DNA of 64,000 nt from a virus. The notes under the pieces are model-generated. The model was not told where the DNA came from. It searched no databases and saw only the letters and a program-made list of their open reading frames with translations. The position numbers and the translations under genes are program-made. The DNA is taken from positions 1 through 64,000 of IMG/VR virus record IMGVR_UViG_3300042260_000713; one strand, given 5' to 3'. Below are positions 31,003 to 41,200 of the stretch, one piece after another. The stretch's first letter is position 1. Each line of letters opens with the position of its first letter.

Positions 31003-31271
31003 AGACCCCCTTTGGTGAGGCGAATCTCGTGTTGCTGCAGCTGCTCCAACACAGCCTCATAGCGCTTCTGCTGGAGGTCACTGTTCTTGATCAGAGTGCT
31101 CATCGATTCACGCATCACCGAAACGTCTTTCCACACGCCAATGCTGGCGCTGGCAGCTGCCATGAAACTGAGCGCCGTAATGGTTGCCAGCACCGGCAGC
31201 AGATAGCTGCCCACCACCTGGGGTGGCCGAGGCTCGTGGGCCCCATAGGCTGATTCCTCTGCGGCGGGCAT
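30999..31271 (-). CDS. Lysis-cassette membrane protein (holin/spanin-like)
   Basis: 90 aa. One TM helix, VVGSYLLPVLATITALSFMAAASA, followed by a coiled-coil-like tail. Confidence 0.4.
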   Translation of the reverse strand: MPAAEESAYGAHEPRPPQVVGSYLLPVLATITALSFMAAASASIGVWKDVSVMRESMSTLIKNSDLQQKRYEAVLEQLQQHEIRLTKGGL

Positions 31272-31289
31272 GGCTCAAGGGTTCGACAG

Positions 31290-31625
31290 TTAAACGCTAG
31301 GGCTGGCGGCGGTTGTATCAGCCAGCCACGGCAGAGGCCGACTTTCAACGGGCGGGAGCGCAAGCTGCTCAGCAAGCTGCGCTTGGATGACTTCCAGTTC
31401 ATCGCCAAGCGCTTGTTCAACAAAGGCAATCATTTGCTGTTCTGTGATGTCAATAAATGGCACAAAATCCCCTGGATCTGCTGGCGCAAACTGTACGGCC
31501 TGGCGGTGATACGCGGCACGGTCATCGCCGACCAATCCCAGCCGGCAGTCAACCGATACGACTACATCTGATAGCCCGCCCTGAGCAGTAACCATTAAAT
31601 TAGAGAAAGTCCATTGATAGCTCAT
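31290..31625 (-). CDS. Hypothetical protein downstream of the fibre gene (fibre accessory?)
   Basis: 111 aa with ATGA overlap to the fibre stop. Visibly lower GC than the genome. Confidence 0.5.
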   Translation of the reverse strand: MSYQWTFSNLMVTAQGGLSDVVVSVDCRLGLVGDDRAAYHRQAVQFAPADPGDFVPFIDITEQQMIAFVEQALGDELEVIQAQLAEQLALPPVESRPLPWLADTTAASPSV

Positions 31626-34600
31626 AGTGTTACTGCTGTAATGGCAGTCATTCCGTTTGAAGTGTCCACACCGCGATTAACGGTGCGAACACGGATGTTA
31701 AGTGCGTTAAAGTTGGTATAGGCTCCGACTTCGCCATCGCCCAGCCCTGAGGTGACATTTGCGGGCGTTACGCCAGAACCTGCAACACGGAAGATCGTTG
31801 TTCCTGCATCCAAGCCAAAATCAGTGATCGTCGATGTGGACAAGGATGGCGTAAATGGACTCATGCCGGTAGTGCGCGAGTTTGCCGATGAGTTAGCTGC
31901 GGTTTGATAGTTACCAAACACGCCAGAAAACCCAGGGCTGCCAACAACATTGGTTCCATACACAGGTGCGCTATTATCGCTTGTCTTGACCCAAAACTGT
32001 GACCAGTTTCTCACGGTACCAGGGGAAATGAATGTGCCAAACCTGTCATATATGCTCTCAAACGCTGGCCCTTGATTCTTCCAGTTCCCTGTATTTGGGC
32101 TATCAGTTGCGCTTGCGATGGCCGGCGGATTTTGACTGTTGAGCAATGAAACATTATTAAATGGCGCATTGTAGTTAATGCTATAAGTACCAGCATCACC
32201 TTCGGTTGAGGTCATACCATCAAACACTACAGATATTGCGGTTGCAGAAGTTGTGGGCACGAACAAACGAGTTGAGTGACCATTGACAAAGTAAGACGAC
32301 AGCGAATAAGAGCCAGTTGCTTGGCCCCCTGTACGAAGCCTGACAGCTGCAAAGTCGCCAGTATTCACCTCTGACGAAACCTTGACGTTACCAACAAGTC
32401 GCAATCCCTTAATCCGTATTAGCTTGTTGGTATTGATTCTGAAGACACCCTCGACGTTTGATGGGGATCCTAGTATATCAGAATCTGCTGGGGCCATGGC
32501 ACCAATGGCAACATTGGATAGCGTCGCTGCACTGCGAAATTCCATAACAGGCTGCTGCCTGATTCCATAAAATTGACCCGCAAAGGGCGAGGTAAGCATT
32601 GCATGAGTCCGTATAAAATAGTTCAGCGCATTATCTGGATCTGCAATGGCCAAGTTGCGCCAGTTGTTTGTGGTTGCACTTGATGCTGCAACTGTTGTGG
32701 CTGTTGTTCCAGGCCAGAACGAATCAGGAACACCCGTATTGGTGATGGTTGTCATCGGCCCCCACCATGCAACCCCAGTAACCTCAGCGTCCTGCTCAAA
32801 TATAAATTGCAATGGCTGAGGAAGTGGGAGAAAGAGCTGAGGAGTTTGTCCTATCAATGCGGTAAACCTAGTCAGAAAGACAGGCTGTTTTGTTGGGTCG
32901 TAGAAGTTGGCACTAGCAAACGGGATAGTTCCGCCATCAGCAGCATCGTTCAGGTAGCTGCCACTGCCCACATAACTCCAGGCTCTGATTTTTGTAACGC
33001 TCTTGAAGGTCAGAGCGCCAACTTCTGGATAAATGCCAGGTCCTAGTCTAAACTCAACAATCTCTTGTGATGAAAATGCTGCATTGGCGTAATTGACAGC
33101 AGCAGGAAAGCTCTTTATTCGATTCTCTGAACTTGTCGGTGGTGTCCCCAGCAATGTATTCAGATCAGTCGTATTGGCGCCATTGATTGGATCAACATAA
33201 ACCGTTTGAATGCCAGTGCGCTGTGACAGGAGCCGTTGCTCAACTCGCCAGCGGTTAAGACCAAGAAGATTAACTAGCTTATTTTTTGCCTGTGATAGTT
33301 GTTCATCGTTTGCGGCAGCAACAGTGTTGGTCAGATAATCATTGATTGACGCCAGTTGGCCAAATCCAAAATTGCTGGTGGTCATGCCAATGGCATCACC
33401 GCCTTCAAGCTCGGAGACCCCGTTTACATCGAGCGTGCCGGTAACCGTAAGGTTGTCAACCGTTAGATTATCAAGACGTGTAGGAGGCGGGGTATCACCA
33501 TCTCTGCCAACATCATCAACACCTATCACCTCGCCGGTGTCGGTGTTGATCAGCCCCTGGTTGGTGACTTCAAAGCCGTCCTTGTTGATGCCTTTAATCT
33601 CTACTCTGCCGCCCTGTTCCGGAGCAAAGTTCGCATTGAACTCGTTGCGAGCACTCATCGTGCGGCGCCAGCGGGGCAGCGCTCTGGTGTAGTTCCAAAA
33701 GCCCACACCGTTAAGATTCTGGCCCAGCAGCTGAATGAAGCTCGGCTGCCGAAACTCCAGGGCCCAGTTGGCGCGGCCACTGGCAGCACCACCACTGGGG
33801 GGGGTGGGGAAGTCTGTGGCAGAGGCAGGACTAAGCTCGCGGCTTGCTTCCGTGCGGGGCACCAGGGCGTTGTGCGCCGCCGTGCTGCTGAAGCCCAGGG
33901 CCAGCAGCAGGGCCAGGGCGCCTTGATAGTCGGTGGCGCTGCGCAGCTGATCGCGCACGCTCCCGGGGCTGCCGGCGCTGGTGTAGATGGTGGCCCAGTT
34001 GATGCCGCAGGTGGTGGTCAGCTCAGTGTCGCCGTCGGTATCGGTGTCGAAGATCAGCTGCGGCGCCTCCAGTGTGGTTGGGTCTTCGGCGTTGTAGTCC
34101 GAAGCCTGCTGCACATAGGACTCCTGCCAGCGAGCCTCATCAGGCGTGCTGCCGACGGAAACATGCGTGTCCATGGCGGTGAAGTGCTTGTCTGCATGCT
34201 TCACCGTTTGCCCCTTGCGATAGAAGCGGTTGGCGGCGTAGACCTCATCGGGACAGGAGCGGCGGATCGTGATCTCCGCCGACATCACCACCCCGGCCCC
34301 TTCCGCGGGAATCTTGGCGGTGGTGGTGACGGCCAGCACCTCAGCACCGCCGGGGGCCAGCACGCGATCGATGCCGCCTCCAGACACCCCCGGCCGGGTC
34401 TGCAGAATGCTGTTGCGCACCGGCACCCTGGAGTTGGTGGTGTTTGCCAGCCGCAGCGATACCCGTCGCTGCGCAGAGCTGCGGTTGTCCCACAACCGCC
34501 GGATGTAGACCTTCCGGCCGATCGCCAGGGAGGCGTTACCGGAACCTGTGCCAATCGGGAGGTTGGTGCCGGCTTCCAGCGCCGCACCCGTGATGTCGAT

Positions 34601-36280
34601 CTCGGTGGCAGAGGTGCTGACCCAGGCATTGGCCGCCAGAGTGGCGCGCCAATCGGGGCCGGCTGGATTCTCAATCCAGATCAGCGTGCCAGCAGGCAGG
34701 GAGTAGCCCTGAGCGGCCAGCACGGCTGGGATAGCCGGATCATCGCTGGGGGCAAGCGGCAGCTCAAGGGTGATCAGGCTGCCCGAGATGGCCGCCACGT
34801 TGCCCAGACCGATCTGGCGCACGTTGCCGGTCTGATCGGCCACGCTGCGCGCCACCTTGATGCGCCTGAGGTTCCAGTTCTGATCAAGTGGATCGCTGGT
34901 GGGGGCGTAGCCCTTGGCCACCGCCACACAGCCGCCGAAATTGCTGGTGGAGTTGCTGAACTCTAGCTGGGCGCCGCTATCGGCGAAGTGATGGCGGCCC
35001 GCACCAATGGCAAACACACTCACCATCTGCCCGAAGGCATTGTTGAGCAGGCTGACGTGTCGGCTCATCCGCTGCGGTTTCATCCGCACGTCGTCGGCCT
35101 CGCTGTCGATCAGCTCTTGGTAGGTCACGGGCGCCCGCCATGCCCCCTCCCGGTAGATCTGCCAGCAGCTGAGATCGCGCTGCAGGGAGATGCCAGTGAA
35201 CTGGGCGATCACAATGGACTTGAGGCCCGTGACGCGGGCGCCATCCCAAAACGCTCCGCCCATTCCCCACTCGGTGCGCAGCGAGCAGTTGTAGACATAA
35301 GGGCTGGCGCCCTTCACGGTGTCGGACGCTTCCGATGGGTTGGCGCCGAACGGGCCCACAATCTCGTATTCCGACAGCCTGGTGACGGCCAGGGCGTTGG
35401 AGATGTTGCCGCTGTTGCTGGCCCCGCCCATGGCGGTGCGCACCTTTGCGTAGAGCTGATCCAGGTCCGCCTGGCTGGCGGCCTGAACGCAATCGAGGAG
35501 GTGGTGGCTGGAGCTGGCGCCCAGCTGGTCACGGAATGTGAGGCCGTAGACGTAGCTGGTGTTGGTGATCTTGAGGATGGCCGAGCGGTTGCTGTAGTCG
35601 GCTGCCTCGTCTGCCGCGGCCGGCACCCAGGAGGGCCTCACCGTGCACTGCCTGAGGCTGAGCGGTGCGCTGGCGGTGGCGTAGCGGGGGAGCACAACCC
35701 CGCCGCTGTTGGGGTTGAAACCGATCAGGTGCTGCGGTGTGGGCTCAAAGCCCTCGGCCGGCCATTCGGTGATCGGAATGGCGCTGGGGCTGTTGCCAGG
35801 ATCGTTGTAGAAGATATGGGTGCCCGGGCTGAACTCCACTGCTGGGCAATCAACCTGGGCGTCTTCTGAATTGAGGGTGAAGTAGCTCTTGCTGGTGGCG
35901 AGGATGATCTCAATCGCCACCCGGTTGATGGTGCGGAACGGGCGTTGCTTGCTGTAGCCGCAGGTGAGGCGCTGATTTTCCAGGCGCCTGAGCTTGGCCT
36001 GGATCTTGGCGGCATCGCTGGCGCCGGCCGGCTCCTCAAACCAGTTGTAGGACCCACCCACGAACTGGTCAGTGCCGATGTAGGGGTTGACGTAGATCGT
36101 GAAGGGGCTGTTGAGCGGATCGGCCGGCTCGGTGTTGCCCGGGGCGATGTTGGCGTTGCCCACCAGCTGCAGCAGAGCATCCACCACCGCCGAGAGCTGG
36201 TCCTTTGCCCGCAGCTGGCCACCAGCACCCACGGCGTTGCGGATGCCGGCCAGGGCGTTCGCGATGCTGATCCGAGCCAT
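31622..36280 (-). CDS. Large tail fibre/tailspike protein (1552 aa)
   Basis: Single long ORF, Gly/Ser/Thr/Asn-rich, in the distal tail module. The C-terminal 700 or so codons are clearly lower in GC. Confidence 0.7.
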   Translation of the reverse strand: MARISIANALAGIRNAVGAGGQLRAKDQLSAVVDALLQLVGNANIAPGNTEPADPLNSPFTIYVNPYIGTDQFVGGSYNWFEEPAGASDAAKIQAKLRRLENQRLTCGYSKQRPFRTINRVAIEIILATSKSYFTLNSEDAQVDCPAVEFSPGTHIFYNDPGNSPSAIPITEWPAEGFEPTPQHLIGFNPNSGGVVLPRYATASAPLSLRQCTVRPSWVPAAADEAADYSNRSAILKITNTSYVYGLTFRDQLGASSSHHLLDCVQAASQADLDQLYAKVRTAMGGASNSGNISNALAVTRLSEYEIVGPFGANPSEASDTVKGASPYVYNCSLRTEWGMGGAFWDGARVTGLKSIVIAQFTGISLQRDLSCWQIYREGAWRAPVTYQELIDSEADDVRMKPQRMSRHVSLLNNAFGQMVSVFAIGAGRHHFADSGAQLEFSNSTSNFGGCVAVAKGYAPTSDPLDQNWNLRRIKVARSVADQTGNVRQIGLGNVAAISGSLITLELPLAPSDDPAIPAVLAAQGYSLPAGTLIWIENPAGPDWRATLAANAWVSTSATEIDITGAALEAGTNLPIGTGSGNASLAIGRKVYIRRLWDNRSSAQRRVSLRLANTTNSRVPVRNSILQTRPGVSGGGIDRVLAPGGAEVLAVTTTAKIPAEGAGVVMSAEITIRRSCPDEVYAANRFYRKGQTVKHADKHFTAMDTHVSVGSTPDEARWQESYVQQASDYNAEDPTTLEAPQLIFDTDTDGDTELTTTCGINWATIYTSAGSPGSVRDQLRSATDYQGALALLLALGFSSTAAHNALVPRTEASRELSPASATDFPTPPSGGAASGRANWALEFRQPSFIQLLGQNLNGVGFWNYTRALPRWRRTMSARNEFNANFAPEQGGRVEIKGINKDGFEVTNQGLINTDTGEVIGVDDVGRDGDTPPPTRLDNLTVDNLTVTGTLDVNGVSELEGGDAIGMTTSNFGFGQLASINDYLTNTVAAANDEQLSQAKNKLVNLLGLNRWRVEQRLLSQRTGIQTVYVDPINGANTTDLNTLLGTPPTSSENRIKSFPAAVNYANAAFSSQEIVEFRLGPGIYPEVGALTFKSVTKIRAWSYVGSGSYLNDAADGGTIPFASANFYDPTKQPVFLTRFTALIGQTPQLFLPLPQPLQFIFEQDAEVTGVAWWGPMTTITNTGVPDSFWPGTTATTVAASSATTNNWRNLAIADPDNALNYFIRTHAMLTSPFAGQFYGIRQQPVMEFRSAATLSNVAIGAMAPADSDILGSPSNVEGVFRINTNKLIRIKGLRLVGNVKVSSEVNTGDFAAVRLRTGGQATGSYSLSSYFVNGHSTRLFVPTTSATAISVVFDGMTSTEGDAGTYSINYNAPFNNVSLLNSQNPPAIASATDSPNTGNWKNQGPAFESIYDRFGTFISPGTVRNWSQFWVKTSDNSAPVYGTNVVGSPGFSGVFGNYQTAANSSANSRTTGMSPFTPSLSTSTITDFGLDAGTTIFRVAGSGVTPANVTSGLGDGEVGAYTNFNALNIRVRTVNRGVDTSNGMTAITAVTL

Positions 36281-36303
36281 CTTCCGCTGCTTCTGCCCGC
36301 AGG

Positions 36304-37386
36304 CTAGGCAGGCTCCATCTCTGACAAGGGATGAGTTCGATCAGCAATGACGAAGCGCACGTCGCCGATCGCGGCGAACTGGCCGGTGATCTTCATCGTG
36401 TCGCCGGCCTGGGCCGACAGCCGGGTTTTGAAGAGGGCGATGTCGAGCTCATAGAAGAGGCACTCCTCGCGGATGAACTCGTGGCCATTGGAGTGGCCCC
36501 GCGGGCCATCGGCCACCAGCAGGCGGATCGTGGCGGTGCTGCCGTGCCGGCTGAGCTGCTGCAGCCTGAGCATCGCGGCGCTGGAGCTGACACCAGGGCT
36601 GTAGGTGTTGCTCACCTCGCCGGAGAACGAACCAGCGCCTGAGGCCTGGCTGGCGATCACCGACCCGAAGGCCTCGCCGATCGCGCCGTGGTCAAGCATG
36701 CCGGCATCGTTCTCCAGGTCCCAGGCGGAGAGATCAGCCTGCCGTTTCCAGCCTCGCTCGTCCGCATCAGCGCCGGCCTCCTTGACCACCGCCGGCAGGG
36801 CCGGCACCAGATCGGCCAGCAGGCTCTCGGGCTCCTGCGGCCGGGGCAGGGCCAGGGCCAGGGCGAGCAGGGCCTCGGCGTAGCCGCTGCGGGTGCTGGC
36901 GACGCTGAGAATCAGCCGATCAAAGCCCACCAGCCGCAGCGGCAGCCGGCTGAGCTCACCGCCGTTCACGGCAGACACCTCCAGGCTGTAGAAGGTGCTC
37001 CGCTCCAGCGCATCGCGGTGGATGAACACCGTGGCCTGCTGGGCAAAGCCCACCGTGCCGGCATGCTCCCAGAACGTGGCATTGTCGTCAGGACCCCAGA
37101 ACGGGGCATCGGCGCCGAGCCGGTGCGCGGTGGCCGGGCCGCCGGAGGCTGCATCCCCCCAACACGTGTGGCCATCGGGGCAGTTGGCGTAGCCAGTGCC
37201 GAGCACGTCGATCGGCAGGCCCAGGGGGGCGGTGAGCAGCACCTGGTCGCCGTTGAGATAGCCGGGCTCCTCCAGCCGCAGGCGCACCACGCTGGCGGGC
37301 GCATCGATCACCGCATCGGTGAGCACCACCGCAGGCGGCCAGCTGCGGCTGAGAGTGAGGGTGCCGATCGTGCCGTCGATCGCCAT
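36304..37386 (-). CDS. Hypothetical distal tail/baseplate protein
   Basis: 360-aa ORF in the tail module. Confidence 0.55.
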   Translation of the reverse strand: MAIDGTIGTLTLSRSWPPAVVLTDAVIDAPASVVRLRLEEPGYLNGDQVLLTAPLGLPIDVLGTGYANCPDGHTCWGDAASGGPATAHRLGADAPFWGPDDNATFWEHAGTVGFAQQATVFIHRDALERSTFYSLEVSAVNGGELSRLPLRLVGFDRLILSVASTRSGYAEALLALALALPRPQEPESLLADLVPALPAVVKEAGADADERGWKRQADLSAWDLENDAGMLDHGAIGEAFGSVIASQASGAGSFSGEVSNTYSPGVSSSAAMLRLQQLSRHGSTATIRLLVADGPRGHSNGHEFIREECLFYELDIALFKTRLSAQAGDTMKITGQFAAIGDVRFVIADRTHPLSEMEPA

Positions 37387-37389
37387 CGA

Positions 37390-37788
37390 TCAGAAGCGAC
37401 CGCTCATGTCGCCGTTCACCCGCATGCTGAGGGAGCAGGCGATCAATTCCCGCACCCGCACGGGGGCACCAAGCGAGGCCGTGAGCACCTCCATCGTGAA
37501 GTCGCCACGGCTGGATCCGCGGCGGGTGACGATGCGCAGGGTGTCGAGGGCCTCGTTGTCGTCCCAGATGCTGTTGGCCATTGCGCACGCGGCGCCATTG
37601 TCCGGGTCGTAGAGGAAGGTGCAGCTCAGCTGCGTGGACCGCACCCCCTTGGCCACGGTGCCCGCGGTTTGGCCGATGCCTGTGGTTTCAAGCTCATCGC
37701 GGGAGACCGTGGGCGTCACATCCGTAATCTTCCCCACCAGCGAGCCATTCCAGTACACATCGCTCTGGGTCGTGTTCCTGACGCCCAT
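37390..37788 (-). CDS. Hypothetical tail protein
   Basis: 132-aa ORF in the tail module. Confidence 0.5.
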   Translation of the reverse strand: MGVRNTTQSDVYWNGSLVGKITDVTPTVSRDELETTGIGQTAGTVAKGVRSTQLSCTFLYDPDNGAACAMANSIWDDNEALDTLRIVTRRGSSRGDFTMEVLTASLGAPVRVRELIACSLSMRVNGDMSGRF

Positions 37789-37834
37789 TCCTGGTCGGGT
37801 TCATACCTCCTCAGGAGGCTAGGCAGGGCCGGGT

Positions 37835-38254
37835 CTATGGGCTGTTCTGCAGCCGGGCCTGCAGCTGCACCGGCAGGTTGCAGCGGCGGCGATACACCAG
37901 GCTCTGCTGCGGCGTCGGCGCATCCTGCCCCACCGGCCAGAACCACTGCAGGCCCGCACCGGTGGTGACCGACTGGATGAAGGCCCGATCGGCGCTCGAG
38001 TAGCCGGCAAACAGGATGTCGGGCAGATCCAGGGCCAGCACGCCCGAATAGCTGGCGTGGAAGCTGGCGAGGATCAAGGTGGCGGCGTCCGTGCGGATAT
38101 TGCTGAACTCCAGATCAAACACCCCTCGCACCGCCACCGTGCCCCAGAGGCGCTGGTCTTCAAAGCCGGCCTCGCTCATCGCGCTGGTCACCGGATGACG
38201 GGGCATGGTGAATCGAAAGCCCGTGGGTTCGATGGCAGGGAAGGGGATGCCCAT
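37835..38254 (-). CDS. Hypothetical tail protein
   Basis: ATG at 38254 in an ATGA overlap with the upstream stop (MGIPFPAIEP...). Confidence 0.5.
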   Translation of the reverse strand: MGIPFPAIEPTGFRFTMPRHPVTSAMSEAGFEDQRLWGTVAVRGVFDLEFSNIRTDAATLILASFHASYSGVLALDLPDILFAGYSSADRAFIQSVTTGAGLQWFWPVGQDAPTPQQSLVYRRRCNLPVQLQARLQNSP

Positions 38255-41200
38255 CAGCCGCGGATAACCCACGCACTCGGCGAATCCCAATCTAGGGAGA
38301 GCAACTGGCGGCCTTGCTCGTTGGTGGGCATGAGCACCGCCTCGATCTTCTGCCGGCCGTCATCGGTGGGTGTGACGCGCATCACCCGGAATGTCCGCAC
38401 CTGGGGAGGTGCCGTGCGGGTCCACTGGGTGCCCAGCAGGTTGCCGCGGGTGCCGCCGCCGCTCACCGTCAGCGTTTGGATGGTGGGCCCTGGCGCTGTG
38501 GTGCCATCCCAGGCCAGCACCTGGTAACTGCCGTCCTCAAGCGGTTCGGAGGCCACCAGGGTGCCATCGGGCAACACCGCGCCGTTAGACCAGAGATCGT
38601 TGAGCTCCTCGTCGTAGGCCACGGCAATGTGGTCCTCCGGAGCAATCGGCCGCAGCATCCCCGCGTAGGTGGTCTCAAAACTGATCGGGTCTCCCACCAG
38701 CCGCCGCCAGCGGATCAGCAGTTTGGCCGCGTCGATCAGGTGCCAGCGATTGGTGCAGCTGGCCTTCATATCCAGCGGCTCCACAGGGTCGCTGTCGCTG
38801 GCGGAGGCCTCGCGGATCGTGATCTCCCGCACGGTACTGAACACCCCGGGGGAGAGCAGGTCGTCATTGCTGCGCTCCTCCCGGTACAGCCCGCTCACCT
38901 GGATGGGTCGCCGCTGGTCGTCGTCGCTGGTCGTCGACTGGAAGGTGCCCTTCTTGATGTTGGCAGCGGTGAACAGGTCAACGATCGGCACCGGCTCGAA
39001 CGACAGCGCCGGCTTGAAATAGAACTGGCCATTCAGCTCATAGAAGGCGAGAAGGTGCAGGCTGGCCTGGTCTGCCGCCCACTGCCGCAGGTTCTCCGGC
39101 TCCGGCAGGGTGCCATCAAAGAAGTACCGCCGCTCGAAGCACCACTGCGCCGCGGCCAGGAAACTGGCGGTGTTGATCTGCTCGGCGCTCACGTCCTGGC
39201 CAGCGCCAAATCTCTCGCTTAAAGCCAGCCGGGAGAAGATGTCGGGCAGCAGATGGGTGGGGCCACTGCTGGCCTCGATGTAGCGGGGGCAGATGTGGCC
39301 GCCGATGATCTGGGCCGACAGCTGGCTCACGCTCTGGAACTCCAGTGCCGAGCGGATGCTCTGCCCCACCAGGGCAATGTTCTGGTAGGTGGGTGCGGTG
39401 GAGTTGGTCTGGATGATGTTCACGAAACCGATCTCGTGCTCCGGCCCCTGGCTGGCGGTGGTCTGGATCTCGTCGTAGATGAAGGCCTCCGCCAGCTTCC
39501 CCCACGGATCGGTGAGGGCCTCGCCATCGCTCCAACCCAGCCCCAGATCGGTTTTGCCGAGGATGATCGTGCCGGCCCAGTTGGTGGTGGGGCCCCTGGT
39601 CTGCGTGGCGGTGATCTCACCACTCCCCAGGCTGGTGATGGTGACGGGACTACCGCCAGCGGTGAGGCCGAGAGTGAACTCCGTCTCCGCCGTTTTGCTC
39701 ACCACCACATAGGTGGTGGAGGTGTCGAGACCCCCAGGCAGCGTGCCGGTGGTGGAGAGTTTGACTTCGGTGCCCAGTCGCGGTGGCGGCTCCCCGTCTT
39801 CAACCATCGCGAAGCGGTTGTAGTCGAGGCTGTAGGGATCGGCAGGGGCGATCTGAACTTTGAAGCTGCGCCTGGCGATCACCGGAAAAGGAGCAGAACC
39901 CCCGGGGTTGCCATTGGCCAAGGTGATCGGTTCCTCGGCCTCGTAACCGCTCCCTGGTTTGGTGACCGTGATGTGGGAGCTGTTGAAGCCACCGCCGCTC
40001 GGCACGGTGACCGTGACCCGGCCGCCCAGGTCGATGCCGCCCTGCAACACCTGCACATTGGTGTAGACGCCGGGCGTCGCCCCGACAGCCGCGGTGGTGG
40101 TGGTAACGCCGGCCAGGGAGCTGCGCAGATCCGGTTCGATCGAGCTGAGAGCAAAGCGCTGCTGGGAGCGCTCAAACGGCGCCTTGCCCAGGTAGCGCAC
40201 CGTGCAGCCGCCATCCACAACAGTCCGCAGCGTGGTCATTCGGCTGTCGAGCACAGCCAGCAGGCCCGTGGCGGTGCCGGAGCGAATCTCCCAGCCGCTG
40301 AGCGGTTCCATTCGGATCTGCGCGCAGCGTGCACCGGCGGGCAGCTCCAGCTGCAGCGCATTGGTCTGGGCCTGTTGCGTCAGCCCGCGCACGCCATAGA
40401 TGGTGGGCAACTCCACAAACGCCGCCTGGCCCTCGGGGCGATAGCTGAGGCGAACGAAGGCGTAGCGCTCCTCGGGGACATTGATGACTGCACCCTGGAA
40501 CTGGGAAACCTTGAGCTTCTCGCCCGCCTTCAGCGTTTCACCTTCTCGCTCCCCACCGGCAAGGCGGTTGATCTCCCGCAGGGTGGGGCACTTGCGCAGG
40601 TTGGCGAAGCCGCTGGCCCGGATCCCCAGGGTGCTGCGAAGACCAATCTCGATCATGCGCGCGGGTTTGGTCAGGGTGAAGTCGGCAATGGCGCAGCGAT
40701 GGAGGTGCGGGCGGCTGGTGCCCGTTTCGTAGCGGGGGCCGGAATCCATAGCGGCCCAGTCCCACTCCTGGTCAGGGCCCACCTGTTCGGGATACTGCTT
40801 GGTGCCAGTGCCGGCCGGATCAATCTTTGAGTCGGGCGTCACGTAGACGGTGCCGGCGCGCACCACCCGGAAACGGGCGGTGATGTTCTGGCCATCACCC
40901 ACCGGCTCGTTGTCGGCGTTGGAGAGGAAGCTGGCATCGGACGGTGTGCGCTGCTCCAGCACCGCCAGAGCGCTGCCGGCCTTGAACAGCTCCCCCACCC
41001 GCAGGGCATCATCAGCACTGCGCTGGCGTGCGCTGATCGCCGCGGCCACATCCGAGCAGGTTTCGGTGTGCTTGACCTTGCTGTCGGTGTTGTCTTTGTC
41101 GAACTTCAGCTTGGTGTTGGCATCGCTGCTTTTGGAGAGCAGGTAGTCGAAGGTGGCACCGACGGGCAGTGCGGCCATTCCACTGGTGACACCGGTTGAG

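Noticed and set aside
38314-40830. Plus-strand ORFs of 302 aa and 525 aa inside the J-like gene. Similar cases are 16536-17390, 34988-35869, 36688-37968, 50026-51117 and 58277-59428.
   Set aside because: They are typical long shadow ORFs of a high-GC genome. They are Gly/Ala/Arg/Val-rich and have no start context or coupling to neighbours. Each lies opposite a well-supported minus-strand gene.
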